From assembly GCA_040902005.1 (NCBI GenBank), contig JBBDYA010000133.1:37893-57879 (forward strand): a stretch of 19,987 nucleotides of DNA. Reading direction: 5' to 3'. The position numbers were made by a program, and so were the translations under genes. The DNA comes from Gemmatimonadaceae bacterium. Its GTDB lineage: Bacteria > Gemmatimonadota > Gemmatimonadetes > Gemmatimonadales > Gemmatimonadaceae. Below, one piece after another: positions 1 to 7,803 of this stretch (position 1 is its first letter; each line of letters starts with the position of its first letter). The notes below the pieces were generated by a model that made no database searches, was not told the DNA's origin, and worked only from the letters and a program-made list of their open reading frames with translations.

Positions 1-1
1 G

Positions 2-289
2 CGGGGCGGGCGCCAGCGGTGCGCGGCCGAGATTGGTGTGGAGCACCACGCCCGTGGCGTTGATCACCCGCCGCAGGGATGGCCGGCTGCGGCGGTCCAC
101 CTCGGCCGAGACCGCGGCAGCCCACTCCGCGTCGCCGACCGGCACCCGATGGCCGTCCCGCGCGCCGTCGATCGCCGAACGCACCGCGTCCACCACCAGG
201 GAGCGCGGGGCGTGGGTGAGCAGCGCGCGGATCGCGTCGCGCTCCAGCAGCGCGTTCACGCTGGGCAGTTCGCGGCGCGAGTCGCTCAC
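2..289 (-). CDS. selA: L-seryl-tRNA(Sec) selenium transferase (selenocysteine synthase), 5' part; runs off the window's left edge
   Basis: Not in the ORF track. Hand translation of the minus strand from GTG at 289 gives MSDSRRELPSVNALL...SLRRVINATGVVLHTNLGRAPL, the SelA signature (VINATGVVLHTNLGRA). The start overlaps the upstream gene's TGA (GTGA, 286-289). Confidence 0.92.
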   Translation of the reverse strand, partial: MSDSRRELPSVNALLERDAIRALLTHAPRSLVVDAVRSAIDGARDGHRVPVGDAEWAAAVSAEVDRRSRPSLRRVINATGVVLHTNLGRAPLAPAP

Positions 290-1515
290 GGCGGGGTGAC
301 GGGCGCCGCGGGGGGCGGAGGGGTCGGGCTCGGCGCGGCGGCGGAATCGCGCGCGACGGGAATCAGGATGGTGCGTTCGCTGGTACCGGTGGCGCGCAGC
401 AGGCCGCGCGCGTTGCGGGCGGTCACGAGATACGACTGGCCGCTCCGCATCGGGGTGAGGGAATCCAGTCCGATGGTGACCTCGCGGGTGGGCGCGGGGC
501 GTGAAGGGCGCGCCACCATGGCCATGGTCGGTTGGGGAACAGTGGGGGGGCGGGGCGCGGGTCGCACGGCGGCCGGCGCGGGCTGCGCCGTGGTGTCCGC
601 GCGCGCGATCGAATCGGCGCGGGCGCTGTCCTGCGCGGCCCGCTGCGCCGCGACCTGGGCGCGCGTGCGCACGGTCGCGATGCTGAGTGGCGTCGAATCC
701 GCGCCCGCCACGCGGAACGATGCTGGCGTGAGCGGAACGTTCGGGTCGAGCGGCCGGTCGAAGGTGGCCACGAGCGTGAGGGAGTCCGGCGCGGTGACCG
801 TGAGCAGCCGCGGGGCGATCGTATCACGCGGTGCCGCCAGCAGTTCCAGGAACGGGTTGGTCCCCTGTACGAGGACGGAGAGACTGTCCCAGGATTCGAT
901 CGCGTCGAGCGTCCGGTTGTTGTTGGCGTCCACGAACGCGCGCACCGTGTACCGCCCTTCCTCCAGGGGACCCACGGCAAACTGGCCGGTGGAGTCGGCG
1001 GTGCCAATATAAGGAAGGCTGTCGGGGCGACGGATCACCTCGACGAGCGCGTTCGGGGCCGGCCGCTGGTTCATCCAGTCGAAGACCCGGCCGTGCACGG
1101 CGAACTGTGGGATCGTCGGCCCCGTGGAGAATACAACTGTCGTCGGGGCGCGCCGCACGTTGCCGCGCAGGTCCGCGATGCCCGGCAGCATGGTGACCGC
1201 GTACGCGGTGCTGTCGAGAAATCCCCGGCGGGGACGGACTTCGATGCGGTTGCGGCGCCATCGTACTCGCGGCTGCCCGTCCGTGGGAGAGATGACGAAC
1301 GCGCTCTCCAGATCTCTTACGCCGACGGGACGGTCGCTGACCACCGCGTCGAAGTGGAAGACCACGGCCTCGTCGCGCACGTTCACCGCCCCGGAGTCCG
1401 GCGTTATTCGGATTACTTCAGGCGGTTCGACGCGCAGCGGACCGCCCGGCGGCGCGCCCGGAGAGGCGCACGCCACGGCAACGCCGGCGGTGATGGTCGC
1501 GACTAGCTGACGCAC
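286..1515 (-). CDS. Ig-like (Big_5-type) domain lipoprotein with a carboxypeptidase-regulatory-like beta domain and Pro/Ala-rich linker and tail
   Basis: ORF 286..1695 with the start reassigned to GTG 1515 (MRQLVATITAGVAVACASPGAPPGGP). It has a lipobox-like VAC followed by PxGGP, then Big_5-like segments (LDSTAYAVTMLPGIADLRGN...FSTG) and YTVRAFVDANNNRTLD. It overlaps the valS 3' end by 13 nt. Confidence 0.75.
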   Translation of the reverse strand: MRQLVATITAGVAVACASPGAPPGGPLRVEPPEVIRITPDSGAVNVRDEAVVFHFDAVVSDRPVGVRDLESAFVISPTDGQPRVRWRRNRIEVRPRRGFLDSTAYAVTMLPGIADLRGNVRRAPTTVVFSTGPTIPQFAVHGRVFDWMNQRPAPNALVEVIRRPDSLPYIGTADSTGQFAVGPLEEGRYTVRAFVDANNNRTLDAIESWDSLSVLVQGTNPFLELLAAPRDTIAPRLLTVTAPDSLTLVATFDRPLDPNVPLTPASFRVAGADSTPLSIATVRTRAQVAAQRAAQDSARADSIARADTTAQPAPAAVRPAPRPPTVPQPTMAMVARPSRPAPTREVTIGLDSLTPMRSGQSYLVTARNARGLLRATGTSERTILIPVARDSAAAPSPTPPPPAAPVTPP

Positions 1516-4334
1516 AGTGTCTGCACCTTGTCGCGCAACTGCTGCCGGCGCGCGCTCCACGCCGCGAGCTTCCGGCGCTCGCCGTCCACCACGTCCGGCG
1601 GCGCCTTGGACACGAACTTCTCGTTGGACAGGCGAGCTTCGAGCGCGACGTATTGCTTCTCCAGCGCGGCCAGCTCGCCGCGCAGCCGCGCGCATTCCTT
1701 GTCCACGTCCACGAGATCGGCCAGGGGCACCACGAGCGATGTGCCCCCCGAAAGGACGGCGTGCGCGGCCGCGCCCTGCGGCGCGGCGTCGGACACGCGC
1801 AGTGCCGTGCGGCTCAGCCGCTCGACGAGGTCGGCTTCCTCGGTGAACACGCGCGCGATGTCGCGAGTCGCGCCGTTCACGACGGCGACGGCATCGATGT
1901 GCTTGCCGGGAGGCACGGCGTACTCCGAGCGGATCTGCCGTACCGCGCCGACTGCCTCGCGCACGAGGTCGAATTCATGCGCGCGCGCGGCGCGATCGCC
2001 GGCGGCGCGATCGCCGGCGGCGCGATCGCCGGCGGCGCGATCGCCGGTGGGCCAGGCGGCCGACGCGAGGAAGGTGCCCTCCGTGTGCGTCGGCAACTGC
2101 CGCCAGATCTCCTCCGTCACGAACGGCACGATGGGGTGCAGCAACCGGAGCGCGGCGTCAAAGACGTGCACCAGCACCGCCCGCGCCACTTCGCCGTCCG
2201 CGCCACCTTCGATCACGCGTCCCTTGATCGCCTCCACGTACCAGTCGGCCAGCTCGCTCCAGACGAACCGTCGGGCCGACTCGGCGAGGTCGTTCAACCG
2301 CATCCCGCTGCCTCGCTCGGCGTCCGTCCAGCGCACCGGGTCGGGGCCGCTTGCCGGCGTGACGGGGCGCAGGGGCCCGAACGCGTCGTCGCACTCGGCG
2401 ACCGCGGCGTCGAGTCGTGACAGGATCCACGCGTCAGACCGGTGCAGCTGGTTCGCGTCGATGTTCCGCAGTGGGGTGACGGGAGCGGTGCCCGCCTTGT
2501 CGAGCAGGAACCGCCCGATGTTCCAGAGCTTCGTGACGAAGTTGCGTCCCGGTGCGAAGGTCTTCTCGAGATCGTTCGGGTCGAGCAGGATGTCGCTGCC
2601 CAGTCCCATCCCCGAGACCAGCGTCCAGCGCAACGCGTCCGCGCCGTACAGGCGCACCACGTCGATCGGGTCCACGCCGTTGCCCAGCGACTTGGACATC
2701 TTGCGATGCTCCGCATCGCGCGCGATGCCGTGCAGGAGCACGGTGTGGTACGGCGACCGGCCGGCAAAGTAGTAGCCGGACATGATCATGCGCGTGATCC
2801 AGAAGAACAGGATGTCCGGGGCGGAGACCAGCACGTCGGTCGGGTAGAACGCGCGCAGATCCTCGGCCTTCTCGTCCGGCCAGCCGAGCGTGGAGAGCGG
2901 CCAGAGCCACGAGGAGAACCACGTGTCCAGCACGTCCTCGTCCTGCCGCACGGGGCCGTCGCATCGCGGACAGGCCGTGAGGTCCGTCCGGCTCACATGC
3001 ACGTCGTACGGCGGGTCGCACTCCTTGCAGTACCACACGGGAATCCGGTGTCCCCACCACAACTGCCGCGAGATGTTCCAGTCGCGGATGTTCTCCAGCC
3101 AGTGGACGTACACACCCTCCCACTTCTGGGGCAGGATGCGAATGGCCCCCGAGCGCAGCCCCGCGAGCGCCGGCGCCGCCAGTGGCGCCATCGTCACGAA
3201 CCACTGGTCGGAGAGGCGCGGCTCCACGACCGTGTCGCAGCGATAGCAGTGCCGCACGGCGTGCTGGTGCGATTCAGTCGTGACCAGCGCCCCACTGTCC
3301 TGCAGCGCCTGCACGATCTTCCGGCGCGCCACGACGCGGTCGTCGCCACGCACCAGGTCGGGGACACGCCCGGTGGAACTCGCGTCCTCGGCCATCACGC
3401 CGTTCGCGTCGATCACCACCGGCATCGCCAGGCCATGACGCCTGCCTACCTCGAAATCGTTGGCGTCGTGCGCGGGGGTGATCTTCACGACGCCGGTACC
3501 GAACGCCGGATCGGCGTACTCGTCGGCGATGATCGGGATCTCGATGTCGAGGATCGGTAGCACGACGGTGGCGCCGACGAGGTCGCGATACCGCTCGTCC
3601 GCCGGGTTCACGGCCAGCGCGACGTCGGCGAGCATCGTTTCCGGGCGCGTGGTGGCGATCGTCAATGCGCGGCGTGTTCCCGACGCGCGGTCCGCGCCCC
3701 CGGAAATCCGATACGCGATGTGGTAGAGTGCGCCCGTCTCGTCGTGGAACTCCGCTTCCTCGTCGCTCAGCGAGGTGAGGCAGCGCGGACACCAGTGGAT
3801 GACGCGATGTCCCCGGTAGATCAGTCCGTCCTGGTGCAGGCGCACGAAGGCCTCGCGCACCGCGCGCGAGAGCGCGGGTGACAGCGTATACGCGGTGCGC
3901 GACCAGTCCGCGGACACGCCGATCGCGCGCAACTGCCGCAGGATGGTGCCCCCCGTTTCGGCAACGAAGGCCTCGGTGCGACGCACGAACGCGTCGCGCC
4001 CCAGGTCGAAGCGGGTCTTGCCCTCCTTCGCGATCAGCTTTTCGACGACGTTCTGCGTCGCGATCCCGGCGTGGTCCGTGCCCGGCACCCAGAGCGTTTC
4101 CTGCCGCGACATGCGTGCCCAGCGGATCAGGACATCCTGCGCGATGTTGTCGAGTCCGTGCCCGAGGTGCAGGATCGCCGTGACGTTCGGCGGCGGCATG
4201 ACGATGGTGAAGGGCTCCCGATCACCCCCCGCGCGCACGGACCGCCTGGCCTCGGCGTGAAAGCAGCCGGCGTCCAGCCAGCGCTCGTAGATCCTGGACT
4301 CGCCGGCGATGTCGAAGCGGTCGGGCAGGGACAT
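1503..4334 (-). CDS. valS: valine--tRNA ligase
   Basis: 943 aa with PPPNVT-x-x-LHLGH (HIGH), GTDHAGIATQ, ATTRPET, GTGVVKITPAHD, WNISRQLWWGHRIP, KMSKS and the C-terminal coiled-coil arm (RLSNEKFVSKAP). Confidence 0.98.
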   Translation of the reverse strand: MSLPDRFDIAGESRIYERWLDAGCFHAEARRSVRAGGDREPFTIVMPPPNVTAILHLGHGLDNIAQDVLIRWARMSRQETLWVPGTDHAGIATQNVVEKLIAKEGKTRFDLGRDAFVRRTEAFVAETGGTILRQLRAIGVSADWSRTAYTLSPALSRAVREAFVRLHQDGLIYRGHRVIHWCPRCLTSLSDEEAEFHDETGALYHIAYRISGGADRASGTRRALTIATTRPETMLADVALAVNPADERYRDLVGATVVLPILDIEIPIIADEYADPAFGTGVVKITPAHDANDFEVGRRHGLAMPVVIDANGVMAEDASSTGRVPDLVRGDDRVVARRKIVQALQDSGALVTTESHQHAVRHCYRCDTVVEPRLSDQWFVTMAPLAAPALAGLRSGAIRILPQKWEGVYVHWLENIRDWNISRQLWWGHRIPVWYCKECDPPYDVHVSRTDLTACPRCDGPVRQDEDVLDTWFSSWLWPLSTLGWPDEKAEDLRAFYPTDVLVSAPDILFFWITRMIMSGYYFAGRSPYHTVLLHGIARDAEHRKMSKSLGNGVDPIDVVRLYGADALRWTLVSGMGLGSDILLDPNDLEKTFAPGRNFVTKLWNIGRFLLDKAGTAPVTPLRNIDANQLHRSDAWILSRLDAAVAECDDAFGPLRPVTPASGPDPVRWTDAERGSGMRLNDLAESARRFVWSELADWYVEAIKGRVIEGGADGEVARAVLVHVFDAALRLLHPIVPFVTEEIWRQLPTHTEGTFLASAAWPTGDRAAGDRAAGDRAAGDRAARAHEFDLVREAVGAVRQIRSEYAVPPGKHIDAVAVVNGATRDIARVFTEEADLVERLSRTALRVSDAAPQGAAAHAVLSGGTSLVVPLADLVDVDKECARLRGELAALEKQYVALEARLSNEKFVSKAPPDVVDGERRKLAAWSARRQQLRDKVQTLCVS
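1987..2046. repeat. 4 perfect tandem copies of 15-bp GCGGCGCGATCGCCG inside valS, encoding (GDRAA)4
   Basis: Units read directly at 1987-2001, 2002-2016, 2017-2031 and 2032-2046. Confidence 0.95.
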
Positions 4335-4345
4335 GGGATTAAGAT

Positions 4346-4435
4346 AGGAACCTGGAGCCAGGAACTAGGAACGAGGAACGAGGAACGAGGAACGAGGAAC
4401 GAGGAACGAGGAACTTGGAACTTGGAACTAGAGCC
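4346..4435 (+). repeat. heptamer tandem array, consensus AGGAAC(G/T), ~13 units
   Basis: Six perfect AGGAACG units (4367-4408) flanked by variants AGGAACC, TGGAGCC, AGGAACT and TGGAACT. Confidence 0.95.
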
Positions 4436-4440
4436 AGGAG

Positions 4441-4468
4441 AAATAAGGAAGGGCGCCACTCGGCGCCC
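4441..4468 (-). terminator. putative intrinsic terminator on the minus strand, between the BON gene and valS
   Basis: Stem GGGCGCC-ACTC-GGCGCCC (4451-4468), followed on the minus strand by TTCCTTATTT. The U-tract is interrupted. Confidence 0.5.
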
Positions 4469-4492
4469 CCTGATTCCAGACTTTCATCCTGC

Positions 4493-4675
4493 GGAAGCTC
4501 TGAAAAAGGGTGAGTAGGAAGCGCGATAGCGCCCCGGGGCGCGAGCGTAGTATCAATACTGAGACGGCGGCTCGGATGCACCTGGGAGGAGTTCCGCGGA
4601 CTCGTCTCAGTATTGATACTGGCTCGCGCCCCGGGGAGCTACCGCGCTTCCTACTCGCCATTTTTCAGAGCTTCC
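4493..4675. mobile_element. MITE-like palindromic element, copy 1 (183 bp)
   Basis: Perfect 15-bp terminal IR GGAAGCTCTGAAAAA/TTTTTCAGAGCTTCC. Arms 4493-4566 and 4603-4675 are imperfectly complementary around a 36-nt loop. Followed by CTAG. Shares termini and inner motif with copies 2 and 3. Confidence 0.8.
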
Positions 4676-4677
4676 CT

Positions 4678-4764
4678 AGTGCCTAGTTCCGAGTTCCTGG
4701 CTCCTCGTTCCTAGTTCCCAGTTCCTCGTTCCTCGTTCCTGTTCCTCCTAGCTCCTAGCTTCCT
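4678..4764 (-). repeat. heptamer tandem array, consensus (C/A)GTTCCT, ~10-11 degenerate units; reverse complement of the 4346-4435 array
   Basis: Units AGTGCCT, AGTTCCG, AGTTCCT, GGCTCCT, CGTTCCT, AGTTCCC, AGTTCCT, CGTTCCT, CGTTCCT and further degenerate ones; the array runs into the BON gene stop codon. Confidence 0.9.
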
Positions 4765-5557
4765 CGTCCGCGGGCTTCGCATTCCGGTTGCGGGTCTTGC
4801 GACGTTCCGCGGCCACGGTGTCGATCTCCTCCGCCGCATTCCGTACGGCTTCGCTTTCGCTCAGCCAGCGGTTTTCCAGCGCTGGCTTGGGATCGGCGTG
4901 CCGGTCCGGCTCGCCGGACGTGCCCTGCCGGCGTTTCCCCATGCCGACCTGCTGGCCCTCCCAGTGGGACTCCGTCAGTGCAGGATCGCCCTGCTGGACT
5001 CGGCGCACGTTGTCGTCGAGCTGGTCTTCCTCGTCCTCGATCATCAACCGGTTCACGACCGTGTCCACGTCGGGCACGCCGCGGGCGATGGTGATGGCGT
5101 GCTCCGCCTCCTCGTCGCTCTGCACCCAACCGGCGAGCTCGATGACGCCGCCGCCGATGCCGCCGATGTCGATGGCCCGCTCCGCGAGGATGGGATCGTG
5201 GTTGAACGCCTCCAGGACCCGTTCCTCGATCTGCGGAACCCCATCGTCAGGGTCGTCGTCTTCATCGAGGTCGTCATCGAGGTCGTCATCGACGTCGTCG
5301 TCTGCCGTGTCGACGGCGTCGGCGCCGGCCGACGCGTCCTCTTCGATTTCGTCGTACTCGTCGCCGGAAAACTCGAATGCGGGAGCGACGCCGTCGTCGG
5401 CGGGCTGCCCGCGCAGGCGCGCCGTGAGCCCGGTGAGTCCGCCCATGCGCTGTGCGACGTACATGCCGACGGCGAATCCGGCCACCGCGCCCAGGAGCGT
5501 GGTTGCGACCGACGTGCCGGTCGAGGATTCGTCGTCGTGGTATCGGAGGGGAGTCAT
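4748..5557 (-). CDS. BON domain-containing protein with N-terminal membrane anchor and acidic linker
   Basis: Hydrophobic LLGAVAGFAVGMYVA, then a D/E-rich linker, then a BON-like segment (IEERVLEAFNHDPILAERAIDI...IELAGWV...AITIARGVPDVDTVVNRL). Confidence 0.85.
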   Translation of the reverse strand: MTPLRYHDDESSTGTSVATTLLGAVAGFAVGMYVAQRMGGLTGLTARLRGQPADDGVAPAFEFSGDEYDEIEEDASAGADAVDTADDDVDDDLDDDLDEDDDPDDGVPQIEERVLEAFNHDPILAERAIDIGGIGGGVIELAGWVQSDEEAEHAITIARGVPDVDTVVNRLMIEDEEDQLDDNVRRVQQGDPALTESHWEGQQVGMGKRRQGTSGEPDRHADPKPALENRWLSESEAVRNAAEEIDTVAAERRKTRNRNAKPADEEARS

Positions 5558-5698
5558 GGATTAACCCTGTAGCGAAGACATTGGAGGCAACGATAGCTTA
5601 CCACGTGGACGGTTGCTATCCGCAAAAACAAGACCTGCCGCTTGGACCTGCGTTCCGTGGGGCTGCCAACGGGAAGGGGCCATCAACCAGCGAGTTAA

Positions 5699-7624
5699 TT
5701 GCAGAAGTCGTTGACACTTACGCTCCCGGACGGGGCAACACGCGTCGTTGACGCCGGCACCTCGCCGCTCGACGTGGTCCGGAGCATCGGCGAGCGGCTC
5801 GCGCGCGACGCCGTGGCGGTCGAGGTCAACGGCGAGCTTCAGGATCTCGGGACTCCCCTGCGCGTGTCCGGCACGTTTCGCGTGCTGACCGCGAAGGACC
5901 CGAAGTCCCTGGACGTGCTGCGGCATTCCACCGCCCACGTGCTGGCCACGGCGGTGCGGCGGTTGCATCCCGAGGCAAAGATCGGCTTCGGTCCGTCCAT
6001 CGAGGACGGTTTCTACTACGACTTCGAGGTGGAGCGCCCCTTCACTCCCGAAGACCTGGCGCGCTTCGAGGAGGAGATGGCCAGGGTCGCGAAGGAGAAG
6101 TTTCCCTTCGTGCGCGCGGAGGTGTCGCGCGCGGACGCGCAACGCGTGTTCGCCGGTGACCCGTTGAAGCTCGAACGGCTGGGCGAACTGGGCGACGACG
6201 AGATCATCTCCACGTACACCGACGGCCCCTTCGTGGATCTCTGCCGCGGGCCCCATGTCCGCGACACGTCGTACGTCTCGCACTTCAAGCTGCTCACCAT
6301 CGCCGGCGCCTACTGGCGCGGCGACGAGCGGCGCCAGATGCTCCAGCGCATCTACGGCACCGCCTTCTTCCGGAAGGAGGACCTCGAGGCCCACCTGCAC
6401 CGGATCGAGGAGGCGAAGCGGCGCGACCATCGCGTGGTGGGAAAGGCGCTCGACCTCTTCATGTTCCATCCGTACTCGCCCGGGTCCGCCTTCTGGACCG
6501 AGCGGGGCACGATCGTCTACAACGAGCTCACGCGCTTCGTGCGCGAACGCCAGCAGGCGCGCTTCCTGGAGATCCGGACGCCGCTGCTCTACAACGCGGC
6601 GCTGTGGGAGACGTCGGGCCATTGGGGGAAGTACCGCGAGAACATGTTCCTGGTGCAGAACAAGGAAACGGGGGAACACGACTCGTCGCTCAAGCCGATG
6701 AACTGCCCCTCGCACTACCTGATGTACCAGGCCAGGAAGCACTCGTATCGCGAGCTGCCACTCCGGTACGTCACGTTCGACGTGCTGCACCGCAACGAGC
6801 TCACCGGCGCGTTGTCGGGTCTCACGCGCGTGCGCCAGTTCCAGCAGGACGACTGCCACGTCTTTCTCACCGAAGCGCAGATCCCGGAGGAAGTACACTT
6901 CCTGCTGCGCTTCATCCTGGACTACTACGAGACGTTTGGCCTCACGGCGTCGCTCAAGTTTGCCACGCGTCCAGAGACCCGCATCGGATCCGACGCGCTG
7001 TGGGACGGCGCCGAGCGCGCGCTCAAGGCCGCGCTCGACGCGACCGGACTGCCCTACGAGCTGAAGCCGGGCGATGGCGCGTTCTACGGACCCAAGATCG
7101 ACTTCGATGTCACCGACTCGATCGGACGCGCGTGGCAGCTCGGCACGATCCAGCTCGACTACAACGCCCCCGAGCGGTTCGACCTCGCGTACGTAGGCGA
7201 GGACAACGCCGAGCATCGCCCCGTGGTGATCCACCGCGCGGTGAGCGGGTCGTTCGAGCGGTTCATCGCAATCCTGATCGAGCACTTCGCCGGCGCGCTG
7301 CCGCTCTGGCTGGCCCCTGAACAGGTGCGCGTGCTGCCGATCTCCGACGACGTGCGCGACGCCGCGCGCGCGGTCACCGAGCGGCTCACGGCCGCCGGCA
7401 TCCGCGCCACGCTGGATGACCGCTCGGACACGCTGAACTACCGCATCCGCGAGGGTGAGATGCAGAAGGTGCCCTACATGGCGGTCATCGGAAAGCGCGA
7501 AGCCGAGGCGAACACGATTGCGCTGCGCGTGCGCGGCGCGGGCAAGAAGCAGGAGTTCGTCCCCGTGGACGAGTTCGTCGCGCGGGTGGTGCGGGAGCGG
7601 TCGGAGCGCGCCCTGGCGCCCTGA
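5699..7624 (+). CDS. thrS: threonine--tRNA ligase
   Basis: 641 aa with TGS domain, editing motifs RHSTAH and DLCRGPH, catalytic KPMNCP, RVRQFQQDD, GAFYGPKID, IHRA and a C-terminal anticodon-binding domain. TTG start; exact position uncertain. Confidence 0.98.
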   Translation: MQKSLTLTLPDGATRVVDAGTSPLDVVRSIGERLARDAVAVEVNGELQDLGTPLRVSGTFRVLTAKDPKSLDVLRHSTAHVLATAVRRLHPEAKIGFGPSIEDGFYYDFEVERPFTPEDLARFEEEMARVAKEKFPFVRAEVSRADAQRVFAGDPLKLERLGELGDDEIISTYTDGPFVDLCRGPHVRDTSYVSHFKLLTIAGAYWRGDERRQMLQRIYGTAFFRKEDLEAHLHRIEEAKRRDHRVVGKALDLFMFHPYSPGSAFWTERGTIVYNELTRFVRERQQARFLEIRTPLLYNAALWETSGHWGKYRENMFLVQNKETGEHDSSLKPMNCPSHYLMYQARKHSYRELPLRYVTFDVLHRNELTGALSGLTRVRQFQQDDCHVFLTEAQIPEEVHFLLRFILDYYETFGLTASLKFATRPETRIGSDALWDGAERALKAALDATGLPYELKPGDGAFYGPKIDFDVTDSIGRAWQLGTIQLDYNAPERFDLAYVGEDNAEHRPVVIHRAVSGSFERFIAILIEHFAGALPLWLAPEQVRVLPISDDVRDAARAVTERLTAAGIRATLDDRSDTLNYRIREGEMQKVPYMAVIGKREAEANTIALRVRGAGKKQEFVPVDEFVARVVRERSERALAP

Positions 7625-7803
7625 GGAAGCTCTGAAAAAGCAGATGCCGGGGCGAGGTGTTCCGGCCGGCGCGAGCATAGTACCAATACTTGGACGACTG
7701 ACACGAGCCTGCCATGCCTGTCGAGAGCTCTCGCGTCCAAGTATTGGTACTGGCTCGCGCCGGCCGGAACACCTCGCCCCGGCCCTGCTTTTTCAGAGCT
7801 TCC
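7625..7803. mobile_element. MITE-like palindromic element, copy 2 (179 bp)
   Basis: Perfect 19-bp terminal IR GGAAGCTCTGAAAAAGCAG. Arms 7625-7696 and 7734-7803 around a 37-nt loop. Flanked by CTGA (containing the thrS stop) and CTAA. Confidence 0.82.

Noticed and set aside
4071..4661. Small ORFs across the valS upstream region (e.g. GTRNEERGTRNEE, SSFLVPR repeats)
   Set aside because: Translations of the heptamer repeats and the palindromic element; no evidence of real coding.
4335..4747. T-box riboswitch upstream of valS
   Set aside because: No T-box consensus (GGTGGNACCGCG) on the minus strand; the structure is explained by the repeat element, which also occurs at unrelated positions.
4346..4764. 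CRISPR array
   Set aside because: Contiguous 7-bp units with no spacers; no cas genes in the window.
5558..5698. Divergent promoters or an E. coli-type thrS tRNA-mimic operator
   Set aside because: Promoters are likely here, but I could not identify convincing -35/-10 boxes or an anticodon-like loop.
5561..7678. 705-aa antisense ORF over thrS, and similar long shadow ORFs (8546-10315, 10350-11591, 1528-2772, 14979-15932)
   Set aside because: They lie opposite well-supported genes and have no recognisable motifs; such ORFs are expected in high-GC DNA.
7625..7803. Integron attC sites
   Set aside because: No RYYYAAC/GTTRRRY core sites, no integrase, and the flanking genes are housekeeping genes rather than cassettes.
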